Notes: a model not told the origin generated them from the sequence alone. A DNA stretch of 64,000 bases from Synergistales bacterium (GCA_963666205.1 OY762654.1:672001-736000), one strand, 5' to 3'; counted from the stretch's first letter, positions 25,414 to 34,763 are shown. Translations and numbers: made by a program.

Positions 25414-26811
25414 TCAGGGTTTTTCCTTTCCATCCCATTCATTCTTCAATCTCTGGACAATTTGGGGGAAATCCCTGATGATCTGAAAAAAACGCAGACC
25501 TATAAGGTTAAGCTTTGAAGAAGAAGACTCTACAGGTTCCTCCCCTGCAAGTTCTATAACAGGAGATTTCGGTCGGGCAAGGACCTGACTCGGATAAACA
25601 CTTCTATGCCCACAGACAAAGAAGGAGGTAATGCACGAGATAGCCGCCATAGCGGCTATTTTCCCACCAAACAGTTCAATGGCCATTATAGTAGCAGCGA
25701 TAGGAGTATTGGCACATCCGGAAAGGACAGATACAAAACCAAGGGGACCATAAAGAAGGGGACTCAATCCAAAGATTGACGCAAAGGTTATACCGGAAGT
25801 GGCACCTATAAAGAATACTGGAGTGACAATTCCACCACTGCCCCCACAGCTGAGGGTAATACTTGTAAATATGGACTTCCAGAGGAAACTCCAGAATGGA
25901 ACGGTACCTCCGGTAAGAGCCGCATCGATGGTTTCTGTCCCAAGGCCAAGATACCTGTTACCAAGAAAAAGAGTAAGACCCAGAATTGTAATGGAACCAA
26001 CCAGAGCTTTGGAAACAAGGCCGCCCTTCATCCTCTTAAAAAGGAACTCGAAGAATCTGAGTATCTCGATATGCATGAAAGATACCATTCCAAAAAACAC
26101 ACCTGCAATTATAAGCCACATGAAAGAGGGAGCGGAAAGAGAAGGAATGATAGTTTCAGGAAGGGAATAATATGTCATTCCCAGTTTTTCTGCAACATGG
26201 TAGGATACGACACCGCTGATAAAAGACGGCAACATGACATCATAGTACATCTGCCCGATATAGAGCACTTCAAGGCCAAAAACAGCCCCGGCTATCGGGG
26301 TTCCGAAAACTGCTGAAAAACCAGCTGATATCCCGCATATAACAAGTTTTTTCCTATCAGTCTCATTAAAGCCCATAAAGTCGGCGAGACTTGACGTAAG
26401 ACCTGCTCCGATCTGCGCAGCAGGACCTTCCTTGCCGGCAGAACCACCAACTGCAAGTGTAATTATTGTAGTAACAAGCTTTACTGGAATAACTTTTATA
26501 TCGATTCGACCTGCTCGCTTGTGGATGGCCTCAATAACCTTTTCAGTTCCATGTCCCCTTGCTTCCGGGGCAAAATACCTGATGCTCAAGGTAGTAACAA
26601 TAATGCCAACGGGAAGAAGAAGATAGACCGAATGGGCTGGGAGATTCTTCACAAAATCAATGGCAAATTCAAGATTGTCAATAAAGAAAGCGGTCATTGT
26701 CCCTACCAGGGCTCCTGCAACCACAGCCATTATCAACCATTTAACAAGTGCATAAGTTAAAATAAATTCTTCTTTCATCACATGACCGATCTTATGTTTC
26801 AGCAGTACCAC
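25414..26811 (-). CDS. ClC-family chloride channel/H+ antiporter
   Basis: GSAGKEGP, FGTPIAG-FGLE, GGIVTP, many TM helices. Confidence 0.9.
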   Translation of the reverse strand: MVLLKHKIGHVMKEEFILTYALVKWLIMAVVAGALVGTMTAFFIDNLEFAIDFVKNLPAHSVYLLLPVGIIVTTLSIRYFAPEARGHGTEKVIEAIHKRAGRIDIKVIPVKLVTTIITLAVGGSAGKEGPAAQIGAGLTSSLADFMGFNETDRKKLVICGISAGFSAVFGTPIAGAVFGLEVLYIGQMYYDVMLPSFISGVVSYHVAEKLGMTYYSLPETIIPSLSAPSFMWLIIAGVFFGMVSFMHIEILRFFEFLFKRMKGGLVSKALVGSITILGLTLFLGNRYLGLGTETIDAALTGGTVPFWSFLWKSIFTSITLSCGGSGGIVTPVFFIGATSGITFASIFGLSPLLYGPLGFVSVLSGCANTPIAATIMAIELFGGKIAAMAAISCITSFFVCGHRSVYPSQVLARPKSPVIELAGEEPVESSSSKLNLIGLRFFQIIRDFPQIVQRLKNEWDGKEKP

Positions 26812-26978
26812 TCCGATTTGAATTGAAAAGATTTGATTCTGCAGATTCAGTATTACACAGTAACCCTATCGAGATATAACATTCTTTCATCACGTAAACA
26901 TTAGGAATATTATCACAATAGGGACCTAAACCAAAGGGAAGAGAACAGGTTTATTCTAAAAATACAAAAAATAAGAGG

Positions 26979-27431
26979 TTATACGGATATTACTAGAGCA
27001 TTCAGCACTATTTTCCATGCGGCAAGATCATCTATCTCTCTTGGTGGCAACTGGAGGGAAATGGGTATAAGTTTCCTTATACCTTTGGGAGGATGGAGTT
27101 TCCAATAAAGAGACCTGGCTCCAAGGGTTGTGCCATACTCCGATACAATTCGGGGAATATACCCCTTACTTTGTAAAAGGCCAAGATAGAAATTAGAGTA
27201 TGTACCTCCTCCAAGGATGATCTCCGGTTGAAAAACATCAGGAAGGCTATCAATAAAACCTTCGACAACGAAAGGTTTTAACTCATACCAGTTCGAATTC
27301 TCCAGAATAATAATAAATTCCTCAAAATCACTCCGGGAAATAATTCCTGAGAGAAGGAGTTCTCCCTTTCCAGAAACAAAAGCCCAACCGACCTTGAAAG
27401 TTCCCGGATCGATGCCTAGGTAAATATTCAT
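26979..27431 (-). CDS. RNase H-fold resolvase-like protein (RuvC/YqgF-like)
   Basis: Starts MNIYLGIDPGTFKVGWA (ATGA overlap with the upstream stop); E-x-x-TT and DDLAA acidic motifs. Confidence 0.7.
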   Translation of the reverse strand: MNIYLGIDPGTFKVGWAFVSGKGELLLSGIISRSDFEEFIIILENSNWYELKPFVVEGFIDSLPDVFQPEIILGGGTYSNFYLGLLQSKGYIPRIVSEYGTTLGARSLYWKLHPPKGIRKLIPISLQLPPREIDDLAAWKIVLNALVISV

Positions 27432-28306
27432 TTCCCTAGTGTACTTGCCCATCTGGGATAAAGCCAGAACCACTGCTCCGGGTAAAGCTTTATCCATGTA
27501 CTCAGGATGTCATTACATACTTCTGTTGATCTCTCAACATCCTCTCCGAAGGGTTTCCCTTCCGGATCTTCAAGGGGAGGCAGTATATGGATATCATGGT
27601 GGATATGATCTTCCTTCCTCACTATAAAAACAGGAAGGACAGGACATCCCAGTTTATGGGCAATCTTCACCGGACCATAGGGAGTACTTGCAGGCAGGTC
27701 AAGGAAAGGAACGACGACTCCCTTTTCCTTGGCATCCTGATCAATCAGGATGCCAAGGATCTCTCCTCTTCGAAGACACTGGATGGCGCTTTTCAGGCTG
27801 AAACCCTTGCTGATAGTTTTCACACCCAACTTATTTCTTGTTTCAATGATAAGATCAGTGATCCTGGGATCTCTCTGCCGGGCACCAATGGCATTCATGG
27901 GAAATCCTCGTTTTGCAACGCTGGCTGCAAGCAATTCCCAGTTTCCGAAATGGGCAGTCAGGAAAATGACACCCTTTCCCTTTTTCATTGCTTTTACAAG
28001 GTTGTCCTCTCCATGGAAGGTTACAAGCTCCTCAATGTTCTCAGTTTCTGACATCCGGAGAATCTCTGCTACTGAACGCCCAAGATTAGCATATGATTCT
28101 CTGACGATCTTTCTAGCCTTTGTCACACCTGTTCCCAGGGCCATTACAGCATTCTTTTCAGCTTTATCAACTTTTGTTTTGCTCAGGATCCATAACAGCA
28201 CCCCCATATCTGCTCCGACCCTTATGGAAAAGAAGCCCGGCAACTTTACAAATATGAATTTCAAAACATTGACAGTAATCCAAGTAAACTCCATTTTAAG
28301 TTTCAA
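27428..28306 (-). CDS. Lipid A biosynthesis acyltransferase (LpxL/HtrB family)
   Basis: LTAHFGNWE, ILIDQ, PEQWFWLYPRW; TTG start at 28306 after SD AAGGAGG. Confidence 0.88.
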   Translation of the reverse strand: MKLKMEFTWITVNVLKFIFVKLPGFFSIRVGADMGVLLWILSKTKVDKAEKNAVMALGTGVTKARKIVRESYANLGRSVAEILRMSETENIEELVTFHGEDNLVKAMKKGKGVIFLTAHFGNWELLAASVAKRGFPMNAIGARQRDPRITDLIIETRNKLGVKTISKGFSLKSAIQCLRRGEILGILIDQDAKEKGVVVPFLDLPASTPYGPVKIAHKLGCPVLPVFIVRKEDHIHHDIHILPPLEDPEGKPFGEDVERSTEVCNDILSTWIKLYPEQWFWLYPRWASTLGK

Positions 28307-28412
28307 GTTGTTTCCTCCTTTAACTTCCATGATTATTATAGCTAAAGGTTTTGATTATGGGGCAAAATCGAGATATACTTAAATTATCAGAATATTTGGG
28401 AGGTAGTGCATT

Positions 28413-29222
28413 ATGCTTACAAGAATACTTTACCCTGTGGATCTGACGCCTCTGTCACAGAAAGGGCTTCAATGGGTTGCCAACCGTGTCTTAAGGGAAA
28501 GTTCTGAAATGGTTGCGGTTCATGTAGTAAACCCTGTTGTTGCAGGAATGGATACTCCCAGATACGTTCATGACGCAGAGATAAGTCTGGACACTCTATG
28601 TCAGACCGTCATTCCCGACCATATCCACTATAAAATAATAGCTGTTGCCGGGGAACAAATGGATATTTTACCACGAATAGCCCATTCGGAAAAATGTACC
28701 TTTGCCATACTGCCAGTCAGAAAAAATGAAGACATAGTTCCCCTTGTAAGACATATGGCCATTCCCCAGTTCCTTCTAAAGACAGAAGAAGGAGATCTAC
28801 CGGAAGAAGATGTGTTCAACCGTATAGTGATGGCTGTTGATCTATCCCCTGACAGGACAGATATTCTTATTAGCAAGATGAAAGACCTTCTTTCGGGATC
28901 ATCAGTCAATTCAGAAATAACGCTCCTTCACGGGGTGCCACTGGAAGAAGCACAAGGCTCCCAGATCCTCGTTAACGCCGCGGAAGAAGCGCTTCATGAG
29001 GTTGAGAACACGCTGAAGACATGGAACAGTTCTACTGTATCAGAACTGCTGAGCGGCCAGCCGGAGGAAGAACTTCCCCGGAGGATCAACGAGATCCATC
29101 CTACACTTCTCGTTGTGGGGCTTTCACTACATGGTGAATTATGGCAGCTCATACTGGGAAGCACAGCCATTGCTCTGATAGAAAATACGACATGCCCGGT
29201 GCTTATAATTCCCACTTCTTGA
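28413..29222 (+). CDS. Universal stress protein (tandem Usp domains)
   Basis: RILYPVDLT, second domain RIVMAVDLS, ILGSTA...TCPVLII. Confidence 0.8.
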   Translation: MLTRILYPVDLTPLSQKGLQWVANRVLRESSEMVAVHVVNPVVAGMDTPRYVHDAEISLDTLCQTVIPDHIHYKIIAVAGEQMDILPRIAHSEKCTFAILPVRKNEDIVPLVRHMAIPQFLLKTEEGDLPEEDVFNRIVMAVDLSPDRTDILISKMKDLLSGSSVNSEITLLHGVPLEEAQGSQILVNAAEEALHEVENTLKTWNSSTVSELLSGQPEEELPRRINEIHPTLLVVGLSLHGELWQLILGSTAIALIENTTCPVLIIPTS

Positions 29223-29264
29223 CAGCATACCCCCGCTTGGTATAATACCCCTAAAGGGTATTAT
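29219..29264 (+). promoter_or_regulatory. Consensus sigma70 promoter with two tandem CsoR/CstR-like operators
   Basis: TTGACA (29219) -16 bp- TATAAT (29241) with TG extension; ATACC-N7-GGTAT at 29227-29243 and 29245-29261. Confidence 0.65.
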
Positions 29265-29270
29265 CAGGAG

Positions 29271-29729
29271 GTGGATTTGTTGTTAAGGACAGGTTCAGCA
29301 GTTTTATATCTTGCTGTTATAACTTTAGGATTGAAGTTTCCATTGCTGGGAATACTTGTTTTCGGGATTCTCGGCGTAATGGTTCTGGCAGGTCGAAGAA
29401 AGAAATGGTGTTCAAGTTACTGCCCAAGGGGGAGTTTCCTTGATCTTCTTATTTCCAGGATCTCACCACGAAAACCCATACCACGGTGGTTCTTCGGCAA
29501 ATTTTCGCGATATTCTGCCCTCACCATTTTTATTACTATATTCCTGTTACAGCTCTGGCGGGGACAGTTCTTTTTCGGATGGCCCGATAATGGATTAATA
29601 CAACTGGGCAAGATATTTGTCAGGATGTGCATTATATCCTCCGGTGTAGCCATTCCCCTGGCTCTATGGAAAAATCAGAGAACGTGGTGTTCCTTGTGCC
29701 CGGTAGGAAACCTTCTCAGAAGGATATAG
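29271..29729 (+). CDS. Small membrane protein with CxxxCP motifs (NapH/NosR-type 4Fe-4S binding)
   Basis: WCSSYCPRG and WCSLCPVG motifs separated by TM helices. Confidence 0.75.
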   Translation: MDLLLRTGSAVLYLAVITLGLKFPLLGILVFGILGVMVLAGRRKKWCSSYCPRGSFLDLLISRISPRKPIPRWFFGKFSRYSALTIFITIFLLQLWRGQFFFGWPDNGLIQLGKIFVRMCIISSGVAIPLALWKNQRTWCSLCPVGNLLRRI

Positions 29730-29749
29730 GCTTGCAAATCCCATGCAGC

Positions 29750-29794
29750 AACAAGAGGAGGGCGAATTCTTCAGGAATTCGCCCTCCTCTTGTT
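29750..29794. terminator. Terminator between convergent genes
   Basis: 20-bp perfect arms AACAAGAGGAGGGCGAATTC / GAATTCGCCCTCCTCTTGTT, 5-nt loop, T run on the plus strand. Confidence 0.8.
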
Positions 29795-29803
29795 TTATGC
29801 GTC

Positions 29804-30610
29804 TCAGGATACCTGGTCATCAAAGGAAAGCTTTATAACCGCTTCAGAATTAATGACCCTGAATGTGAAGGACTCTGTCACGAACAGTCTTACTTTCTCT
29901 GTCGTTCTGCTGTGGTATCCTATGGAATAATCCTGGCCAATTATCATCTCCATATCGCCACCCCTGGTTGAGACCAGATAGGACTGATCAATGGAAGGAG
30001 AAAGGATTACACCTCCATCCGCAATCGATTCTATCCTTTTTTTCAGGGGATATCCCTCTGATTTGCTCAGAATCATATGCCAGAGATCTTTATCTGCTAC
30101 AAGGGTATATGGCCCTTCGACCGAATCTGAATCAAATTTGATCACGGCTCTTGAAAGAAGATCAACTACTCTGTTTCTGGAGCCGGAAATGATGTTCTCT
30201 TCCGCTACAGCAGAGATACCCTTTATAAATGCTGTATCCAGACCATTGTAAATGGTTTCTTCCTCGAAAAGAGCCATTTTACGGACAGCCTTTTCCAGAC
30301 CTGAAAGATCGGGATCCTTTGATCCCCTGGAAATATTATCGAGCTCCCATACATCAAGCTCAAAAAAAGCGCGACCTTCTACAAGAGGCATAACCTGGTG
30401 TATGCCATACTGGACCCCATCTTCTTCCTGATCAGGGGGAACGGATAGTCGACCCATGGAAGTGGCTGCATAATCCCAGCCGAAAGGTCCTCTTACATCT
30501 ATAAATTTCCTTGCCGAAAGGTTGGATCTGAGTATTCTCGATGCCTGGAGATCTATCTCTCCCCACGCCTCCTCAGTTATATTAGAAACTGTCCTTTTAA
30601 GGATGTCCAT
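29804..30610 (-). CDS. Family 1 encapsulin nanocompartment shell protein (Linocin M18/maritimacin family)
   Basis: MDILKR...AWGEID...ARKFIDVRGPFG, WELDNISRG, STRGGD, IGQDYSIGY, ESFTFRV closely resemble known shells; adjacent cargo gene. Confidence 0.93.
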   Translation of the reverse strand: MDILKRTVSNITEEAWGEIDLQASRILRSNLSARKFIDVRGPFGWDYAATSMGRLSVPPDQEEDGVQYGIHQVMPLVEGRAFFELDVWELDNISRGSKDPDLSGLEKAVRKMALFEEETIYNGLDTAFIKGISAVAEENIISGSRNRVVDLLSRAVIKFDSDSVEGPYTLVADKDLWHMILSKSEGYPLKKRIESIADGGVILSPSIDQSYLVSTRGGDMEMIIGQDYSIGYHSRTTEKVRLFVTESFTFRVINSEAVIKLSFDDQVS

Positions 30611-30641
30611 ATACATTCCCTCCTTTAGCTATACAGTACGC

Positions 30642-30992
30642 TTATTTAAGACTCCCTATATTAAGGCTCCCACCAGATACTGGCCTACTATCCGTTGCAG
30701 CTTCAGTATCTTCTATCTCTGTAACCGGAACAGAAGTAAAAAGGTACGTACGTAATTCATCTTCCCATGCAGGCATATTTCTTCGAAGCCATTCTATTAC
30801 CATACAGGCATGTTCTATTTCTTCATTACGGTTATGCTCAAGAATGGCCTTGAGCGTTGGATCCTGGGTTGTAGCTACTCGCTGATGATACCAGTCCACA
30901 GCTTCAATCTCTTCTTTAAGGCTGTTTAAGGCACGAGAAAAATCTCTGTCCTGTTGATTGAGCTCTTCCGCAGGTTCATTATATGCTGACAT
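30642..30992 (-). CDS. Encapsulin-associated ferritin-like protein (EncFtn/Flp)
   Basis: SLKEEIEAVDWYHQR and HNRNEEIEH ferroxidase motifs; C-terminal cargo-loading peptide GGSLNIGSLK. Confidence 0.93.
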   Translation of the reverse strand: MSAYNEPAEELNQQDRDFSRALNSLKEEIEAVDWYHQRVATTQDPTLKAILEHNRNEEIEHACMVIEWLRRNMPAWEDELRTYLFTSVPVTEIEDTEAATDSRPVSGGSLNIGSLK

Positions 30993-31134
30993 TCATATCC
31001 CTCCTCATCAGAAATATTATTTTTAATGCAAGATATGGACAATATTATATCGCGACAGAGTATTAATTCAAAGTTTGACTCGATAAACCCCTTAACATCA
31101 GGCTAGTTGACTAGAGGAATGTGAGGTGTATTTT

Positions 31135-32313
31135 TCAGGAACGGGAACTGAGCATTTTTTCCAATCGGTCTATCCTGAAATAGATCAGATCATCAATAAA
31201 TTGCACGTGGTTGAGGGGATTACCGGACATACCAAAGAGATGGGAGGGGCAATTACATTCATATGTTCCAAAACAGGGAATTGACCATTCTGCTATGCTG
31301 GAAATAGCACTGACAAGGGCACCTTCCAGGTTATCCGCTGTGCGGATAGGTATGATTGTAACAATATCTGCCTTATTTCTCAGATAGTCTATATGCCAAG
31401 ACAAGTTTGTTCTTTTTCGACGATGTCTTTCCATCATTGAATCAAGATTTTTCTCCTCAGATTGCACGTAGACATAGAAACCTTTCCTGAAATCAAGCTC
31501 TCCCAGACTTCCTACCGTTTCCTTAATGTCATGTTTCAACTCAAGTATAACCATGTAGCAACCCCTGTCGCCGGAATCCTGCTCATATATATTCCATGGA
31601 ATTTCAAGCTCTTTTACCTCATTGTTCAGAAACAGATTATAATCCCATGAAACTGAAACGGCTCTGATCCTGATCACGTTGCGGTTTTTGAAAAGTACTT
31701 CTGCAAAGAGGGGATCAGTATGATATTCAGGGAGGAAAAATTCCGGCTCGGGGGAATGCACGAGGAAAAGAACAGAAACCTGATATCCCTTTCTTCCGAG
31801 GACAGCCAGTTCACTGACATGCCTGACAGCCCTTCTGGAAGGTGCATCTGGAAACATGGCTATTCTTTTCCCAAAGAGGGAACAGGATTTCACCTCAAGA
31901 ATCATTTGATTTTCTTCCCCCTCTAAAAGAAAATCAAAACGACTTTTTCCCAGGGTATACTCCTGTCTGATTACATGATAATTTACTAATGAAGGTATCC
32001 TTTTATTGTCGAGGAGCCAGCGGACAGCATGGTTAGATGTATGAGTGTTAAGCATTACAGTAGTGCCCTTCTTTTTTATACCTATCAGAGTATAACCTGT
32101 AGTTCTAGTTCTGGAGGGCTGATTAATTGAAAGTAAAACAGGGGACCCTGGAAATAGCAACTCCCAGAGCCTGCCGGGATTAGGAAGAAATACCTTTATC
32201 AGAGAACCGTTCAATTCACATTCCACAAGGAATCTGTTAATACGTCTGAGGAAGATGGATTCAACTACATTTTCGGTAGATGCAACTCTGAATACTGTGT
32301 CAGAAGGATACAT
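31135..32313 (-). CDS. sfsA: SfsA-family nuclease fused to a DUF123/GIY-YIG-like domain
   Basis: RINRF, LPNPGRL, SRFDFLL, EVKSC, FPDAPS-RAVRHV-EL; C-terminal GCYMVIL...GFYVYV...WHIDYL...FG-x-x-CNCPSHLF. Confidence 0.82.
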   Translation of the reverse strand: MYPSDTVFRVASTENVVESIFLRRINRFLVECELNGSLIKVFLPNPGRLWELLFPGSPVLLSINQPSRTRTTGYTLIGIKKKGTTVMLNTHTSNHAVRWLLDNKRIPSLVNYHVIRQEYTLGKSRFDFLLEGEENQMILEVKSCSLFGKRIAMFPDAPSRRAVRHVSELAVLGRKGYQVSVLFLVHSPEPEFFLPEYHTDPLFAEVLFKNRNVIRIRAVSVSWDYNLFLNNEVKELEIPWNIYEQDSGDRGCYMVILELKHDIKETVGSLGELDFRKGFYVYVQSEEKNLDSMMERHRRKRTNLSWHIDYLRNKADIVTIIPIRTADNLEGALVSAISSIAEWSIPCFGTYECNCPSHLFGMSGNPLNHVQFIDDLIYFRIDRLEKMLSSRS

Positions 32314-32362
32314 GGGATAATATCTTATTTTTTCAGTATTATTATGAAAACAGGATTGATGA

Positions 32363-32848
32363 TCATTTACATATCAGTCTGGCTACTAATGGTACTGTTA
32401 ACAAAACGATTATTATCCTTATGACGTGGAAAAGTATAACTACCGGAGCATTTGCCCCCAATTCAGCAGCAGCCAGGCCAAGGCCTGAAAGACCTCCCGG
32501 GGGCATGGCAAAAAGAGCAGTGAAAAGATCTATCCCAAGATAACGGGAACATAACCAGGCTAACAGAATACTGAAACCAAGAAGGATAAAACTATAGCAT
32601 ACCGCTATAGGAACGATCGACGGCAGAGTTTTCATGGTTGAAATATCAGAACTTGCAACAATAACATAGGCTACCAGCATCTGGGTCACTATAGAAAGGA
32701 TCCTTGTATTATGGGACGGGACCCCTGATATGGCTTTATATAAAAGGCCTGCTATCAAACCACCTACAAGTACCCCTGCAGGAACTTTCATTACAAGACC
32801 TGAAAGACCTCCCAGAAAAACCATGACCGGCTGGAATATTTTCTTCAA
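32363..32848 (-). CDS. AbrB-family (AidB regulator-like) membrane protein, single repeat
   Basis: VPAGVLVG, TALFAMPPGGLS, FHVIRII; TTG start at 32848 after SD GGAGG. Confidence 0.7.
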   Translation of the reverse strand: MKKIFQPVMVFLGGLSGLVMKVPAGVLVGGLIAGLLYKAISGVPSHNTRILSIVTQMLVAYVIVASSDISTMKTLPSIVPIAVCYSFILLGFSILLAWLCSRYLGIDLFTALFAMPPGGLSGLGLAAAELGANAPVVILFHVIRIIIVLLTVPLVARLICK

Positions 32849-33004
32849 TTCAGAACCTCCACTATCTGACCAGAATCGGAAGATTTTCTTCAGTGGATCA
32901 AAAACGATGTAAAATTCTGTTCCGGCAATAAACACAAAAGGGCTCCCTGAAGAGCCCTTAAATAATACCCTAACTTTTGAGAAATACAACTTATGAGATT
33001 ATCT

Positions 33005-34123
33005 TCAGCTCAACAGAGTAAGCATAACCCCGGCAGCGACGGCAGTACCGATTACTCCGGCCACATTCGGACCCATGGCATGCATGAGGAGGAAATTGCT
33101 GGGGTTCTCCTGCTGGCATATTCTCTGGACCACCCTGGCGGCCATGGGGACGGCACTCACTCCTGCCGCTCCTATCATGGGATTTATCTTTCCCCCGCTT
33201 ATTATCTTCATAAGCTGGCCGAAGAGGGTTCCTCCGGCGGTGCTGAAGATGAAGGCCACCAGTCCCAGAAGTATTATCTTCAGAGTTCCCAGGGTCAGGA
33301 AATATTCGGCACTCATTGTGGCTCCTACCGACAGTCCGAGGAAGATGGTGGTGGCATTGAGTATCTCGTTCTGGGCCGCCTGGTTGAGCCTTTCCGTAAC
33401 TCCGCATTCCCGGAGAAGGTTGCCGAACATGAGCACTCCTATGAGGGGTACACTTGCCGGCAGGATAAGGCCGGCTGCTATGGTGCATATGACGGGAAAG
33501 AGCACTCTCTCAAGCTTGCTAACAGGACGGAGATTGTCCATCCTTATGGCACGGTCCTCCTTCGTGGTAAGCATCCTTATCACGGGCGGCTGAATGAGGG
33601 GCACCAGGGCCATGTAGCTGTAGGCCGCCACCGCTACGGCTCCCAGTATCTGGGGTGCCAGCTTGATGGTCAGGTATATGCTCGTGGGACCGTCCGCTCC
33701 TCCTATGATGGCTATGGAGGCTGCTTCCTTCACGCTGAAACCGAGCATGAGCGCTCCGAAGAGGGCTATGAATACTCCCAGCTGCGCCGCCGCTCCAAGA
33801 AGAAAGGTTATGGGGTTGGCCAGAAGGGGCGCAAAGTCCGTCAGCGCTCCCACTCCCATGAAGATTATTACGGGATATATCTCGTGCTGGGTTCCGAAAA
33901 ATATGTAATACAGAAATCCGCCTTCGTCCATTATCCCCGACAGAGGCAGGTTAACAAGGAGGCATCCGAAGGCTATGGGTACGAGCAGAAGGGGCTCGAA
34001 TCCCTTCCTTATGGCCAGGTAGAGCATGACGAAGGCCACAAGGAGCATGGTGATGTTACCTCCACTTATGCCGGCAAAGCCGGATTCGTTCATTATCTTG
34101 ACAAGTGCTTCAAAATATACCAT
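33005..34123 (-). CDS. mmdB: Na+-translocating decarboxylase beta subunit
   Basis: FEPLLLVPI, IIGGADGPT, AYSYMALVP, GVSAVPMAAR, HAMGPNVAGVIG. Confidence 0.93.
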   Translation of the reverse strand: MVYFEALVKIMNESGFAGISGGNITMLLVAFVMLYLAIRKGFEPLLLVPIAFGCLLVNLPLSGIMDEGGFLYYIFFGTQHEIYPVIIFMGVGALTDFAPLLANPITFLLGAAAQLGVFIALFGALMLGFSVKEAASIAIIGGADGPTSIYLTIKLAPQILGAVAVAAYSYMALVPLIQPPVIRMLTTKEDRAIRMDNLRPVSKLERVLFPVICTIAAGLILPASVPLIGVLMFGNLLRECGVTERLNQAAQNEILNATTIFLGLSVGATMSAEYFLTLGTLKIILLGLVAFIFSTAGGTLFGQLMKIISGGKINPMIGAAGVSAVPMAARVVQRICQQENPSNFLLMHAMGPNVAGVIGTAVAAGVMLTLLS

Positions 34124-34194
34124 AGGGGCGTTTCTCCCTCCTTTGTCCTCTTTCCTGTTTCCCAGTCCGGTAACTGGTTAAAGGGGAGGGACTT

Positions 34195-34602
34195 CTAGCC
34201 TATCACTAACAGAAGGTCTCCGGTGTTTACGGAGTCACCGTCATGTGCCCTTACTTCCTTCACTGTGCCGCCGGCGGGAGCAAGTATCTCGTTCTCCATC
34301 TTCATGGCTTCCAGAACCAGAAGAAGATCCCCTGCGTTCACCGCTGCTCCACTCTGGACAACCACCCTCAGTACCTTGCCGGGCATGGGGGCGGATATCT
34401 CCGTTCCCTCTACGGGGCCTGCCGGTGCCGGCGCTGCTGCTGGTTTGGGGGCAGGAGATGCTGCCGGCGCCGCTGCTGGTGCCGCTACTGCTGCCGTAAC
34501 TGGTGCTGGGCTCGATGATGCGGGTGCACTGCTGCCTCCGAGTTCTTCCACTTCTACTTCGTAACTCGTTCCATCTACGGTCACTCTGTATTTCTTTGCC
34601 AT
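34195..34602 (-). CDS. mmdC: Biotin carrier (gamma) subunit of the Na+-pumping decarboxylase
   Basis: Ala/Pro-rich linker and EAMKM biotinylation motif. Confidence 0.92.
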   Translation of the reverse strand: MAKKYRVTVDGTSYEVEVEELGGSSAPASSSPAPVTAAVAAPAAAPAASPAPKPAAAPAPAGPVEGTEISAPMPGKVLRVVVQSGAAVNAGDLLLVLEAMKMENEILAPAGGTVKEVRAHDGDSVNTGDLLLVIG

Positions 34603-34635
34603 CTTATCTTCCTCCCGGACTTCCCACCTATGTTG

Positions 34636-34667
34636 GATTTTAGATTTTAGATTTTAGATTTTAGATT
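34636..34667. repeat. Heptanucleotide tandem repeat (GATTTTA)x4 plus a partial copy
   Basis: Four exact copies at 34636-34663 followed by GATT. Confidence 0.9.
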
Positions 34668-34763
34668 AAGGCCATTCAGAAACGCTGAAAACATTCAAAC
34701 AGTTTAAAACGTTTATATCCTTCGATCAGTCTGTCCCAGGGGGGGCAGTTTAATTCCCCGTCC

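Noticed and set aside
25414-26978. Fluoride exporter (CLC-F) with a fluoride riboswitch
   Set aside because: The protein has GKEGP/GGIVTP rather than the CLC-F GREGT/GEVTP signatures, and I see no crcB-type aptamer upstream.
29804-30610. HK97-fold protein as a prophage capsid
   Set aside because: No portal, terminase or other phage genes are present, and the adjacent cargo with a targeting peptide identifies an encapsulin.
32993-34198. 401-aa plus-strand ORF (also 36393-37100 and other antisense ORFs)
   Set aside because: It is the antisense of the well-conserved decarboxylase beta subunit in a GC-rich tract and has no recognisable motifs.
34636-34667. Possible CRISPR array or an mmdE-like small gene between mmdD and mmdC
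   Set aside because: The 7-bp units have no spacers and there are no cas genes; minus-strand ATG frames here close within about 15 codons.
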